Shown here: piece after piece, positions 11,745 to 23,683 of the stretch
Position numbering within the stretch: the first letter of the stretch is position 1
Layout: each line of letters starts with the position of its first letter
Origin: Gordius albopunctatus
Lineage: Eukaryota
Direction: 5' to 3'
Assembly (NCBI GenBank): GCA_964276515.1
Contig: OZ193910.1
Coordinates: 6,696,001-6,760,000 of the forward strand
DNA: 64,000 nucleotides
Translations under genes and position numbers: made by a program
The notes under the pieces: generated by a model
Seen by the model: the letters and a program-made list of their open reading frames with translations, nothing else
Database searches by the model: none
Told to the model about the DNA's origin: nothing

Positions 11745-13539
11745 CATTAACACTTAAAAAAGGTATTAATCGAATAAATAAACATTGATTGCCCATTACA
11801 TTTTTTTCCAATTATATCAAATAAAATTTTTATTTTTCCGACAAATCAAAGTTCACTTTATAAAAATTCCTTTGATAATTAATAGCACTTGACACAATAG
11901 TTTAATAATAATTAAATATCTCAATAAATTATTATGGTGATGGTTGAAATGATAATGATGATCAATATAGGAAAATTATTGATCCAAAGCCTCTATTATT
12001 AGTTAAGTTTAGTGAATATTAAACTGTTTTGAGAAGAACTTCCCATTAGAAAAATATCAATAATAGTTAAAAATATTGAATAACAGTTTTTAATTTAGTC
12101 GCCTTAATTTAAATAATTTTAAAAAGGTAACAAAACCAAAAAATTGGCTAATTATGCGTTAAATATTTCCATTTAAAGATATAACTGTGCTGATTATCTA
12201 ATTTTTAACAGAATTTTCTTCAGAGGTAGATGAGGGGAATAAATACCATCTTTGGGTAAATTTTAATGATTCACATGTATGATGCAAATCTTAAAAAAAA
12301 TTTACCCACCTCCCCCCCCCCAACATGGAGCGGATTATCTGAAAGAAGCGATATTTATAATGGAATAGGAAATTTTATTTAATTAAAATTATTGTAGGGG
12401 AAATTAAGGAGCGCCAGTGCCTTTAGAGAATCTGTTCTGTAGTAGCGAAGCTGCCATACACCATTAGAAAACTATAGTTTGTGAGAAATATTTGAAAAAT
12501 AATCCTCGTTCCCATAAAGATCCTATTTATTAATTTTATTTTGGTTTGTGATATATAAAGTCATTTAAGCATTTCATCCTATACCTTAACATTATATCTA
12601 AAAAATAAACTTCGTTATATTTTCTAACATTTTAATATATTGAATTTTTCATATATAAATCACAGAATCATAAATTGGTTAGAAGATTAATTTAGTTTTT
12701 CACACCCAAAAATCAGAAACTGAATAAAAAATTCAAAAAACCACTATAATTATCTGAATATTTTATTAAATCTTTCGTCTTACCTGAAAAGCATAAAAAC
12801 TGCAAGAGAAAGCGTTGCAAGAGAGCTCAAAGTTTGGGATCTTTGAAAGCTCACATCTTTGAATTTAGTTTTGTCCTTCTTGAAATATATTTTGTTCAGC
12901 TATTAAGGTTTTTAGAATATTAATTAAATAGTTCTTATAAAAAACAAAGAAATTTTGAAACTGTCGTATCCGTAGATACTCGTATATTTAAATTAGCCCC
13001 CCCCCCCCATGTCCTCTTATACAAAAGTTAAGGATTTCCCCCCAACCCCTTGTAAAACTTCTTATCTCATACATACTTTTAGATTATCTTACACGCTGGA
13101 AAACATCTGCTGTATATGATTTTAATATCAATCATAGCGTAATACTGAACCTTACTACTTCATATGTGGTACTTTTCCTTTAAATTTAATTTCCAGTACG
13201 TGTGTTTTACTCATGTCTTATTTTTTCCTTCCTCCCACCCCACGCGCTTATACATATTTTTTATTTCTTCCCCATTGATCAACACGAACACGCACCATTG
13301 AATTTGATACACAACATAGTGTATCAAGAGTTGTTTGATTTTTCATTCATTCGATAATTATTTTAATTCTGTGATTTTTTACGCAGTATTTAGTATAATA
13401 AAGATGTAGAGAAAATAATAGAAGTAAGTCTCCTTTTGGGGAAGGCAAGGTTTATCCTTTCCCGGCCCAATATATCCTGATATATCCCACTATCCTCCAT
13501 AATTCTCCCAATATATTCCTGATATACCTTCAAATCTTA

Positions 13540-15270
13540 AATCGTATCCTTAGGACGCTAAAATGACATCTTAAGGATATAAAATTGATCATACCAATTG
13601 GGCTTAGGAAACAAGTATTAGAACTGTTGCATGCAAGCCATTTTGGAATCGTTAAAATGAAACAAATTGCACGAGATTACGTATGGTGGCCTAAAATTAC
13701 AAAGGATATTAATGCTTTGGTTAGGCTTTGCGAATTGTGTAAAATTAACGTAGCTATGCCGCGAAAAGATAAAAGCGCGACTTGGACACGTCCAAAAGGA
13801 CCATGGAGTCGTATTCATTCATATAGACTTTTTCGAATTCAATAAAAATCGTTTTATTTTGATCGTTGACGCCTTTTCAGGATGGACGGAATTCAAAAAT
13901 GTTTCTCAAATAACGAGTAAAGTGACTATAAATATTTTGTAGGAATTAATAGGCGCTTATGGTTTCCCCAAAATTATCCAATTTTGTTTTAAATATAAAA
14001 TTAATCATTTGTTGACTCCCCCATATCATCCTAGCTCAAATGGGAATGTAGAAAAGTAGGTAGGTATTGTTAAAAAATGGTTGAACGTAGATAAAATAAC
14101 CAAGGACGGAACGTGGTTGTCTCAATTCTATCACAATATGTCGCCACGGTATCCTAATCGTGCTCCGGTTAGCTATGAGTTTTTAAATCGTAAATTAAGG
14201 TAGCCACCCAATTTTTTAAAGTTCACTGAGCACCAAACATTGCCCAGTCATAGTGTGCCAAAGTTTACGGTAAACCAAAGAGTTTTGTATCGAAACTATT
14301 TGGGTAGACCTAAATGGGTGTTAGGTGTAATTCTATAAAGTTAAGGACTTTAATGAAAATAAATTTGAAATTAGGCACGTGGGACAATTAAAATTGTTTG
14401 ATGCTATATAATTATGTTCAACATTTATTTCTATTTAGATGAGGATAAATGCAGCATGGTGCGACGTGGAGTTGGAAGTGACATCCGCGGCATCTAGGAA
14501 CGAAAGGGTTCCGGTATTCATTTTAATAAAAGTGGAAACGGACGGGAGGTCAAGGCTATTGAACTTGATGCATTCTCTGGGTCCGCCAGGGAGGTCATAT
14601 ACGCAACGCCCAAGATCTCCAAGACGACCAAGACAGGAGGAGGCTGCGGTCGGAAGAAACGGAGATTCGAGAGCGGAGCAACGACGAAATGTGTCGGGAA
14701 ATCAACCGTTGCTCCGGCCTCCAATTTTGAAAAGAAAGAAGTGTTGGGGGTGTAATGCCAAACACTTGCCCCAATGTGCTTCAAAACAAAAACTGGATCG
14801 GGAAAGGCAACTCAACCCAAAGATGGCGCAGAGCTGGAGTCCAGGGTGACTATGGATACCCTGACTTTGGACAGCCCAAGGTCCGGACCTTCAACTTCTC
14901 AATAAAATGGAAAGGTGTGGTATACGTGTATACCACGTTACCATGTGTTAGTATACCACGTTTTAATGTCCGCGGTATACTTTGATCTTACTTAGATTTA
15001 TTTTATTAATGATAATATAAAAGGGTTAAGGAACGGTTCTGCAATCCTTATAATTAAAAAAAGGAATTGGTCAAAGGAAGGCACTTTTACCGCGAGTTAA
15101 CCTAGACGCGGAAGTGGCAATATTATAATTTTACCGTCGCAAATCATTTTAATTGTAAATCCCCCTTTTATTGTTGTATATAATTATTCGTATAAATTAT
15201 TACGTCTGTAGTTATTTATTCGCGTTAATAAAGTAAATTCCTATTTTTCTTGGTAAAGTTTTTAAAATTC
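13540..15270 (+). mobile_element. Decayed Gypsy 3' portion, copy 2
   Basis: Duplicate of 4500-6230. Confidence 0.8.
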
Positions 15271-17406
15271 CCACCTACTCGTTTTATCAATTTAATTAGA
15301 TCACTTTGAACTAGAAGAATATTTCCTAATTATATTATTCGAATTAACGAATATCAATGATTAACTAAGTATAAATCTAATACTTCAGATGAATAATTTA
15401 TTAATAAATAATGTTTAAAAACAGAAAAAAGGAATAACGAATGCATTTTTTTCCTCAAAAAACTTTAAAACCTTTTTCATTGAATTTGTCTAAAAATCAA
15501 GATAAATTCTGGTGCTTGCTTTTAGCTTCTAAGGAATCTATTCATATAAAATTTTTATCTTTTTAATTTATTATAAAATACTTGTAAATTCAATTTTCAC
15601 TTTATTTTTATTTGATTGGTCAATAAATATACAATGGTAACACAAAGTAAATAACTAAATCATAAAAAACGCCAATGCTTATAGTAACCTAATTAATTAG
15701 ATTATATAGAACAAAGATTTTTACATCCGGAAAAAATTGAATAATTGGGATAAAAGAAATGGGATTAGGTCATACGAATATAAATCATAACAGGCATTTT
15801 GTCAAACAATTTTTTATAAATTATTGAGATAATTTGTTATTTTAAATAAGGTCGTATCCCATTTATAAATTCAAGGTTAAATAAATAATAAACTAGAAGT
15901 GCTTAATATTTAAGACTAATTGCACTTTATTTTTGTAAAAAAATAAGTAAGTATTCCTTTTTTACCCGCATAAGGGTTAAAAACATCTAAGGTGCACTAA
16001 AATAAAGGCATAAAACATGTGGTTGAATAAAAATCATTAATATTTATTAAGAACCTTTATTTACAATTTTATCTGATAGGATCCATTTTAATCACAACAC
16101 AACCGGAATGAAGTGTAGTTGAAAACGTAAAAATTTTGCTTGAGCAATGGAAAAATAATAAAAAACATATTTTTACATTATATTTGTTAAATTGAGAATT
16201 AACTTCTATTTTAAAATAAATTTATTATATTTCTTTGAATACCGTGATGCTTGTTTTTATAACATATACATTCATTATAAAGTTCAAAATAACATAGTTG
16301 GCAAAGTATATCTCAAAAGATCCGCGGACGGTCTCAAATCACCCCATCCCATAATTTTTAAAATTGTAGGGTTGCGTTGTTGTATACATTTAAAAAGGAA
16401 TTACAAACGAATTTTGACCTTCGTAAAATTATGGTATGTAAAAATTGGCAAAAAAGGAACTTAGCGAGATCATATTTAACGAACGTTTTTTAAATTTTCT
16501 CCAAATGCCTTTATTTTTGTAATAGTATAATTCTTGAGTCCTATGCCTTACTTATATTGGGAGCCATTGAGCTCATCTGTAATTAAATTAATATTAGTAT
16601 TAATTGCTATGCAATTTATGGGCTCGTTTTTTGTTGTCCGTCCGTCGTCCGTCCGTCCGTCGTCCACCAAGTTATTTACACCAGCTTCCCGACTTGCAGG
16701 TTGGGGATCGAGACCCGGAGAGGACAAAAATTTTTTATTTTTTTTTAAATTAAATTAATATTTTTTTCTTGTTAATAGCATTAATAATATGACTTTTTGA
16801 CCGTCCGCAGGCTACTGACCAATGAAAAAAATGACCACTGGCCAAATAAATCGAAATTTTTAATTTTTCGTTTTTGAATAGTTTAACATTCATAATTACC
16901 CTATGCCCTCCCCTACAAGGGCCTATGCCTCTATTGATATGGTTCCCTGTTCCCCTCCAAAGGCTTATGCCTCTATTTAATGTGGGTTTGAATCCCGGCG
17001 AACGTTCTAAATATATGGATCGAGACCCGGAGAGGACAAAAATTTTTATTTTTTTTTAATTAAATGAATATTTTGTTCTTGTTAATACCATTGATAATAT
17101 GACTTTTTGACCGTCCGCAGGCTACGGACCAATGAAAAAAATGACCATTGGCCAAAGTGAGCATCAAAAAATTTTTTTCCGTTTTTTTTGGCTATCATTG
17201 ACTTATAGAGTATCTGTTGGTACTGACCAATGGAAAAAACGACCATTGGCCAAAATGTGAATCGAAATTTTTTTTTTTGACTCGTATGTATTTATAGACC
17301 ATCTCTGGGGGATGAGCAATAGAAAAAAATGACCATTGGCCAATTTTCATTTTTTTGACTCGTATGTATTTATAGACCGTTGTAATGATTTCCACCCCCC
17401 CCCCAG

Positions 17407-17570
17407 AGATGCATCAAGATTTTAAGGATTTGAAAGATTACGAAGCATCTACTACAATTGCTTGGGTCACCAAAATGTTTTTAGACAAAAAATTTGCGGT
17501 TCACCCAAAATTCGTTAAAGATTTAGAGAAGTATTATACTGCACAAACTGAATCCCTCAATTTTTGTTAA
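17407..17570 (+). pseudogene. Serpin-like gene fragment within the Helentron-like element
   Basis: EMHQDFKDL...TKMFLDKKFAVHPKFVKDLEKYYTAQTESLNF fits the serpin helix D/strand 2A/helix E/strand 1A pattern. No other serpin exons were seen. Confidence 0.65.
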
Positions 17571-17690
17571 ATTATCTATAATATATTGATTATCTATTAT
17601 TGTTTCATTTTATTATATAATAAACATAAAACACAACTTTATTATTTCATTATCTATATAAATAACATAAAAAATTCTACAATTTTAATA

Positions 17691-17762
17691 CCAGCATGGT
17701 ATGAGTGGTTATAGCGAATAGCTTACTGACTTGCAGGTCGGGGATCGAGACCCGGAGAGGAC
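17691..17762 (+). pseudogene. Degenerate tRNA-derived sequence (Pol III A/B-box relic)
   Basis: TGGTATGAGTGG...GGGATCGAGACCC. Further T-arm-like pieces near 16704, 16985, 17018 and 18013. No clean cloverleaf. Confidence 0.45.
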
Positions 17763-18813
17763 AAATTTTTTTTATTTTTTTTTTAAATTAAATTAATATT
17801 ATGTTCTTGTTAATATCATGGATAATATGACTTTTTACCGTCCGCAGGCTACTGACCAATGGAAAAATGACGGCCAAATAAATCCAAATTTTTCGTTTTT
17901 CGTTTTTGAATAGGTTAACATTGATAATTACCCTATGCCCTCCCCTACAAGGGCCTATGCCTCTATTGATATGGGTCCCTGTGCTACAAAGGCTTATGCC
18001 TCTATTTAATGTGGGTTCGAATCCCGGCGAGGGCAATTTTTTTTTAATTAGATGGAAAATTTGCATAAATAATTAACTAATCATTTTGCATTTAATACCC
18101 CTCTATAGGCATTTCTGCCCCTTCCCACCTTTCTCGCCCATAAATTTCATAGCAAATATGCTACGTTTATACGGAGTATAGATGAGTTTCGTTCCCCTTT
18201 CCCTTCCCCTCCCCCATTCCCTTCCCCCTCCCCCTTCCCACGAGGGCGAAGGCCCAAGTTTTTTTTATATATTTTAGGAAAAGTTATGTTGAAAATTACT
18301 TTACCGACCAATGCCTGACTCTAAAATAAGCATCATTCGTTAATTTATATCCAAACTAACTATCAGTATTCATCACATTTATTAGTTAAATACACTTTGT
18401 ACAAAGATATTACATAGACGTGTGGTTGTAGTCGAATATTCAATACCCACAGCTCTTGAGCAATATGTAGGTGTAGAATTCTAAGATCTAAGACCCCTTT
18501 GGTATGGTGACTATTTAGTACTATTATATTGCATCAACAATTTCTTTGAATAATTATTTATCTCTATCTCATCTTCACCAGTGGAAGCGTCATTTCTTCA
18601 ATTTTAAAAGGAAATAATAAAATTAGAGAATGATAAATTATATAATGTGTAAATTTCTAGAATATCAGTTAATCTATGATAATTTTCGTCAAAAATTAAA
18701 TTTTAATTTCCACAATTTGCAACTCAAGATTTTAAATAAAATACTAGTGACCATTTTAATAATTATTTTGATGACAACTCATTGCCAAATTTTAGAGGCC
18801 GAATGAAAAGCGT

Positions 18814-18982
18814 CATGGGCGTAGCCAGGTTCTGGATTAGGGGGGGGGGGAACGTTCAAAAGTTCAATGGGGGGGGGGGGAGCAAAACGTAAAATTTTTT
18901 AAGTTTTAAATGTTTTTGCATTGGAATTTTTTTTCACCATTTAGGGGGGGGGGGGGCAGCCGCCCTCCTGGCTAGACCCATG
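18814..18982. mobile_element. hAT-type MITE, CATGGGCGTAGCC family
   Basis: TIRs CATGGGCGTAGCCAGG / CCTGGCTAGACCCATG, 8-bp TSD AAAAGCGT, long G runs. Confidence 0.85.
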
Positions 18983-21124
18983 AAAAGCGTTGCTATAATT
19001 TTAGTAGGGCCGGAGCAAGGAGGGAGGGCAGTTGCCCCCTCATATTATAATTATTATAATTTAAAATATTAATGACAAGAATTTTAAAAAAACGCTTATT
19101 TTACACCTATTATCTATAAACAACCTTCCCCTATAAATCATTGTGGATAAGCCCTTGAGTTTTGATTTGTTTAATAGTTATATAATTTATGTTAATCCTT
19201 TTGATTTTTATTGATTCACAAGTCAAATTAGGTAAATATAACAAAAAATTACGAATTACCTTAATAAAACACAAGATCTCCATACACCAAATCAAGAATT
19301 CCAAACATTTACGAATTGTATAAAAAAAGCGAACTTTATTAAAGAAACATTTTTAGCTTTCAAATATAAACACTAAACTTATTGACTTTCAAAATATAGT
19401 TTGAAATTTTTTTATATTTATATATCTGATTTGTCCTATATAATGCGCCAGAACTGGGTGTCAACGTCCCTATATTTTGTTAACGTTGAATAATTAAGGT
19501 AAGTAAGCCAATCTTATTTGCATTAGAGATTAATTATTTATAGATTTATAAATATATCTTAAAAATTTTTATGGCTTTCAAGGTCTATGCCATTATTGAC
19601 AGCCATCATATTTAGTAGTTCCTAACGTTTTTTACAAATTAGAATATAATAAGTTCAACAAAGAGTGGTTCCACAATTAACAGATAAAATTCATTGTTTA
19701 ATTATTTAAAAGTTTTTAAATTAAATACATCAAAATTATATAAACTATGTGACGAACTGAATTTGGAATGGTTGACCATCCAAGATGGCAATTCTATCAA
19801 GGAATATTACTAAGTAATTAATTCATTATATATATAAATCATAATATTAAAAAGTTATTTTAATGTTTTGATTGTTTTGGTGAGGGAGAGGAGAAACTAG
19901 ACCATAAGGTTATCAGTTCATAAATCCCTTGTGTAACAATACTCTAATATGATATAGGCCCTACAATTACATATTGAAACTAACATATTTTTATATCTTC
20001 TCCTGATGGGCTTAATGCCATCTTTAAAATTGAGCATCAACCAGGTCCATGCTGTCCCACTTTAGAGTGTTTATCAATTGCTCAGGCCTTCCATAACAAT
20101 TCTTCAGTTAGATACCTTTCAGATCCTTGCTTTTCTAGGCTCCGCCGTCAAGGTTGGATGTCATCCCGATTTTTAGGAGTTTCCACTTAGACTCGGATGA
20201 TAATGGCGTTACACACGGCACAAGTTCCGCACCGCTAGTTGAGGCTACTCTTGCGGAGGGCGCATCGGCCCCTAACATTTTGGAACGTCTGGCGGATTTT
20301 GGAGGCGTTTTCTCCATATAAATGGGCGGTGCAGAATCTCTGATTCGTTGTTGGATGTAACACGGGGACTCCACGATGTCCTCTCACATTCAACATATCT
20401 AGCACCTTTAAAAATGAGCGGTGGTGGGGCAGTTTACTCTCCCCGCAACTCCCCATAGCAACTGGATCCTTGTTCAGCGATAGCCAACGAGCGGTTCCAG
20501 CTGGACCGGACTTTATTGATCGCAGGGACGAATTATTCTCGACCCAACTGCTGCGTATTTCTGAAGATAAACATCAAAACGAATATCATAATATAAAACA
20601 TAACTATATGAGGCACATGTTTCCTTGGAGCTAGTAATTCTCGACACACAATTGAAACTACAACTAATTAGATATTTTTGGCAACACGTCATGCTTATCT
20701 CGGCAGGGCATCAAGCTCACAAGTCCCGCCAAGCCTTCTTATTAACTCATGAGTATTTAAGCTTAGTTTACTAATGGACCACCAATTTATAAATACCGCA
20801 TCTTGCAGGATGAGAAACTGCGAAATTCTATTCTTAAGTAATATTTCCTACTCCATCACAACTCATTCTAAGCCTAAAATTTTGTAAAAAAATGTGTTAA
20901 TTATATTATTAAAATTCACATACCCTAAGGGCCATCTATACTTAGGTAAATGAACTGAAATTGCTAAATTCAAATTTGTTTGCAAAATATATTATATTTA
21001 ATACACTTAGGTGCTTTTTTAATATCAAATATATTCCAATAATATTGATTTATTTATACCTTAAATGTAAACCATGCAAATTAAAACACACAGTAATTTA
21101 CTAATATCTAATGATCAATAAAAT

Positions 21125-21268
21125 GCCGAGATCTCGTGGGAAAAAACTCGTATCGACTCGTCTTGACATCTAATTCTCGTCTCGATCTCGGGTCAATTTC
21201 CGCATCAATATTCGAGATCTTCGACCACGAGACGAGACGATACTGGATTTTATAGGCGAGATCTCGGC
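21125..21268. mobile_element. Short palindromic MITE-like element
   Basis: Ends GCCGAGATCTCG / CGAGATCTCGGC with internal TCTCG/CGAGA repeats. Similar motifs at 61501-61565. Confidence 0.6.
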
Positions 21269-23378
21269 TTTAAAATTTCTTAATTGATCATCATAATTTT
21301 AATTTAGTAATCTTATTTGTGTATTTTTTAATTTGTATTTCATTAAAGTAATATAATTGGAATACTTAGAATATTGAGTAATTTACTACAACCAAGTGCC
21401 TGCGAATAATTCAAATTTTAATAGATTTAGCTTGTTTTAAATCTGAGTGGCCTTTAATAATTAATTTTTCAAAATACTTATTGCATATTTATATATTTAG
21501 CATTCCAATGTAGTATTTAATTCTAAATCGTCTTCAAATTTCGCATTAATTATATCATCCTCTCCAATAATGATATTTTGATGGTTAATTAATTAAAGTA
21601 ATTATGTAAATTTGTCTACAACGGCTAAATATTTTTCAGCAACTTCTCTACTTTCTGAACCATTGTTTTCGGATGCATTAGATTAAATCATGAGACTACC
21701 AAGAGTTTGTTAAGCCTGAACATATGGTACACCTCTGAAATTTTTAAGTCATAAATTTTATGCATTTGTTTTGTCATTTGCATTAAATTTCACATAATAA
21801 GAGTATGGTTGGCAAGTTAACTCTAATTTTGCACTACACTACAATATTTGAAATATTTGTGGCTGAATTATTTTAAAAATGGAATAAGTATTTGGGATAT
21901 AATTATATATGTGCAATTTATTGCAAACCTCAAAAGTTTTATTTCTACCAGTAAAATTGCTATTTTACTGTTGTTTTCACAACGTTGTAATGTGTGCAAC
22001 TAAATAATTTACGGAAGAAATATGTTCTCCAGAAATTAAATCGACCATATCGCCCATGGTGTACGGTAATACCACTCTAGAGATTTTAGGCGAGAAAATC
22101 ATGAAAGTGCAAGTTGGGTCATAAACTAAAACCCTAACGGCTCTAGTAAGCAAACACATGACGTACCTTTTTGGATTGCCATGGAACATAGCTTTTAAGC
22201 TTGACTTGCTACCAATAGTAAAGGTTCAAAAGTTAAATTTATTGGACGAGCATTAATTTATCTCAAAAATTGGAGCAAGACGTTCCGGAGGCTTGATGGA
22301 TCAAGAACGAAGGCGACAAAGGCATCTATTGAACCAACAAGAATCATCGTCCCTGCTCGACCCTCAACCTCCCTCCACATCTTATAGGAGCGGCAGGGGA
22401 GGCTTGAATCGTAGCTCTCCACCCCATGATGTTAGGCATTTGCCTACGTATTTTTGAGTTCCAACGATAGGAATTATTGGTTTAATTATATGCCAAAAGG
22501 GTTAAATAGAGTTTCTACGCTCACGTATAGTAACAATAGATCGTTGAGTAATAAATATGGGGCGCTAGTGGCAATCATTCGCAAGAATTTCCTTTAGGTG
22601 CGGAGAGTATAACATTCATTTTCCACTGGACCCACACAACTAATTGAAGTTGGAAGACAACCTAAAAGGGACCCTAAAGGAGCAGGAGGAGGACCGGTCT
22701 CTTATATGGATGCTGTAGCCAAAAAATTAGACTTCGAAGCCCCTGTAGCCCTCCTGATCAGATTTATAAAGAGAGGAGACAAAAGATTAAACCTCGAAGC
22801 ACCTTTAGCCCTCCTGATCGACATTATAAAGGGGCTTCCCCTCAATCCAGGTTTGAAGACGGACAATTGTACAAAGGTATATCCAACATTTGTAGTAACG
22901 ACGTCGCATTTAGACATTTTGGTGGTAAGGGGGATGCCAAACGTCGACGTTTCGAACCTCGCTCCCTCCCCATTGTATGGTGGCGATGGTTCTTATGAGA
23001 CTCAAAGGAAGTTCAGTTCTTCTCCCCTACAACATAAACAAAGCAGAAATTTGGTACGATCTCAAGCCACTCACCCTATGCCGAGTCAACTTAATGTCAA
23101 TTGTCAACTCTCGAATGGGTCCGCCGGCTCCAAAGGGAGGACCTGTTAAACGTTTTGAGCATCAGTCTAGATGTATTTTTAGATTGGTATCTTTTATTCG
23201 CCGTAAAAGAGATTTTCTTTAGCAAAACTTAATTTATAGTAATAAGTTTAATGTTGCATATATATATATAAAACAATAAATTTTGCAATTTGTTCGGTTT
23301 ACATCAGTGGGTTTTGCCTTTAACACTAGCACTAAATTATTTGAAATTCAAGCGATATTTTGGCCAGTATAGAAAAAT

Positions 23379-23640
23379 ACGGTGACCGTCAACTTGCCGA
23401 AAACTAACTTGCCGAATTTAATCTACCAATGTTAAAAAATGTCGCCCAATTTGAAAATGTCCCCCAACAAAAAAGCATATTATTTATTGAATTTCGTATT
23501 AAAGGTATAATTTGGGTATTTTTTATAATAAAATTGATAATTATTATAACAGGTACTCAATTTAGGGCCTTCTTTATGATAATGGTGAGATGGTCTTCAA
23601 TATCCCCGGGTGAATTCGGCAAGATGGTTTTCGGAGAAAA
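23379..23640. mobile_element. MITE-like inverted-repeat element just upstream of the SPT start codon
   Basis: CCGAAAACTAACTTGCCGAATT pairs with AATTCGGCAAGATGGTTTTCGG. Confidence 0.5.
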
Positions 23641-23683
23641 AATTTGTCTCAATCAGCTGATTTTTGTTAATCTTTAAATTAAC

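Larger units (their letters stand above)
1..15793. repeat. Tandem segmental duplication, unit ~9041 bp (6753-15793); 1-6752 is the tail of the previous copy
   Basis: 1-6752 recurs almost identically at 9019-15793 with only scattered SNPs and small indels. The copies diverge after ...CATAACAG (6752 vs 15793). Confidence 0.97.
16601..18265 (+). mobile_element. Helentron/DINE-1-like non-autonomous rolling-circle element
   Basis: Subterminal inverted repeats TTGCTATGCAATTTATGGGC (16604) and GCCCATAAATTTCATAGCAA (18136), (GTCC)n microsatellite near the 5' end, 3' hairpin GGGC-GAAG-GCCC (18244-18255) before a T run, and internal block duplications. Confidence 0.72.
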
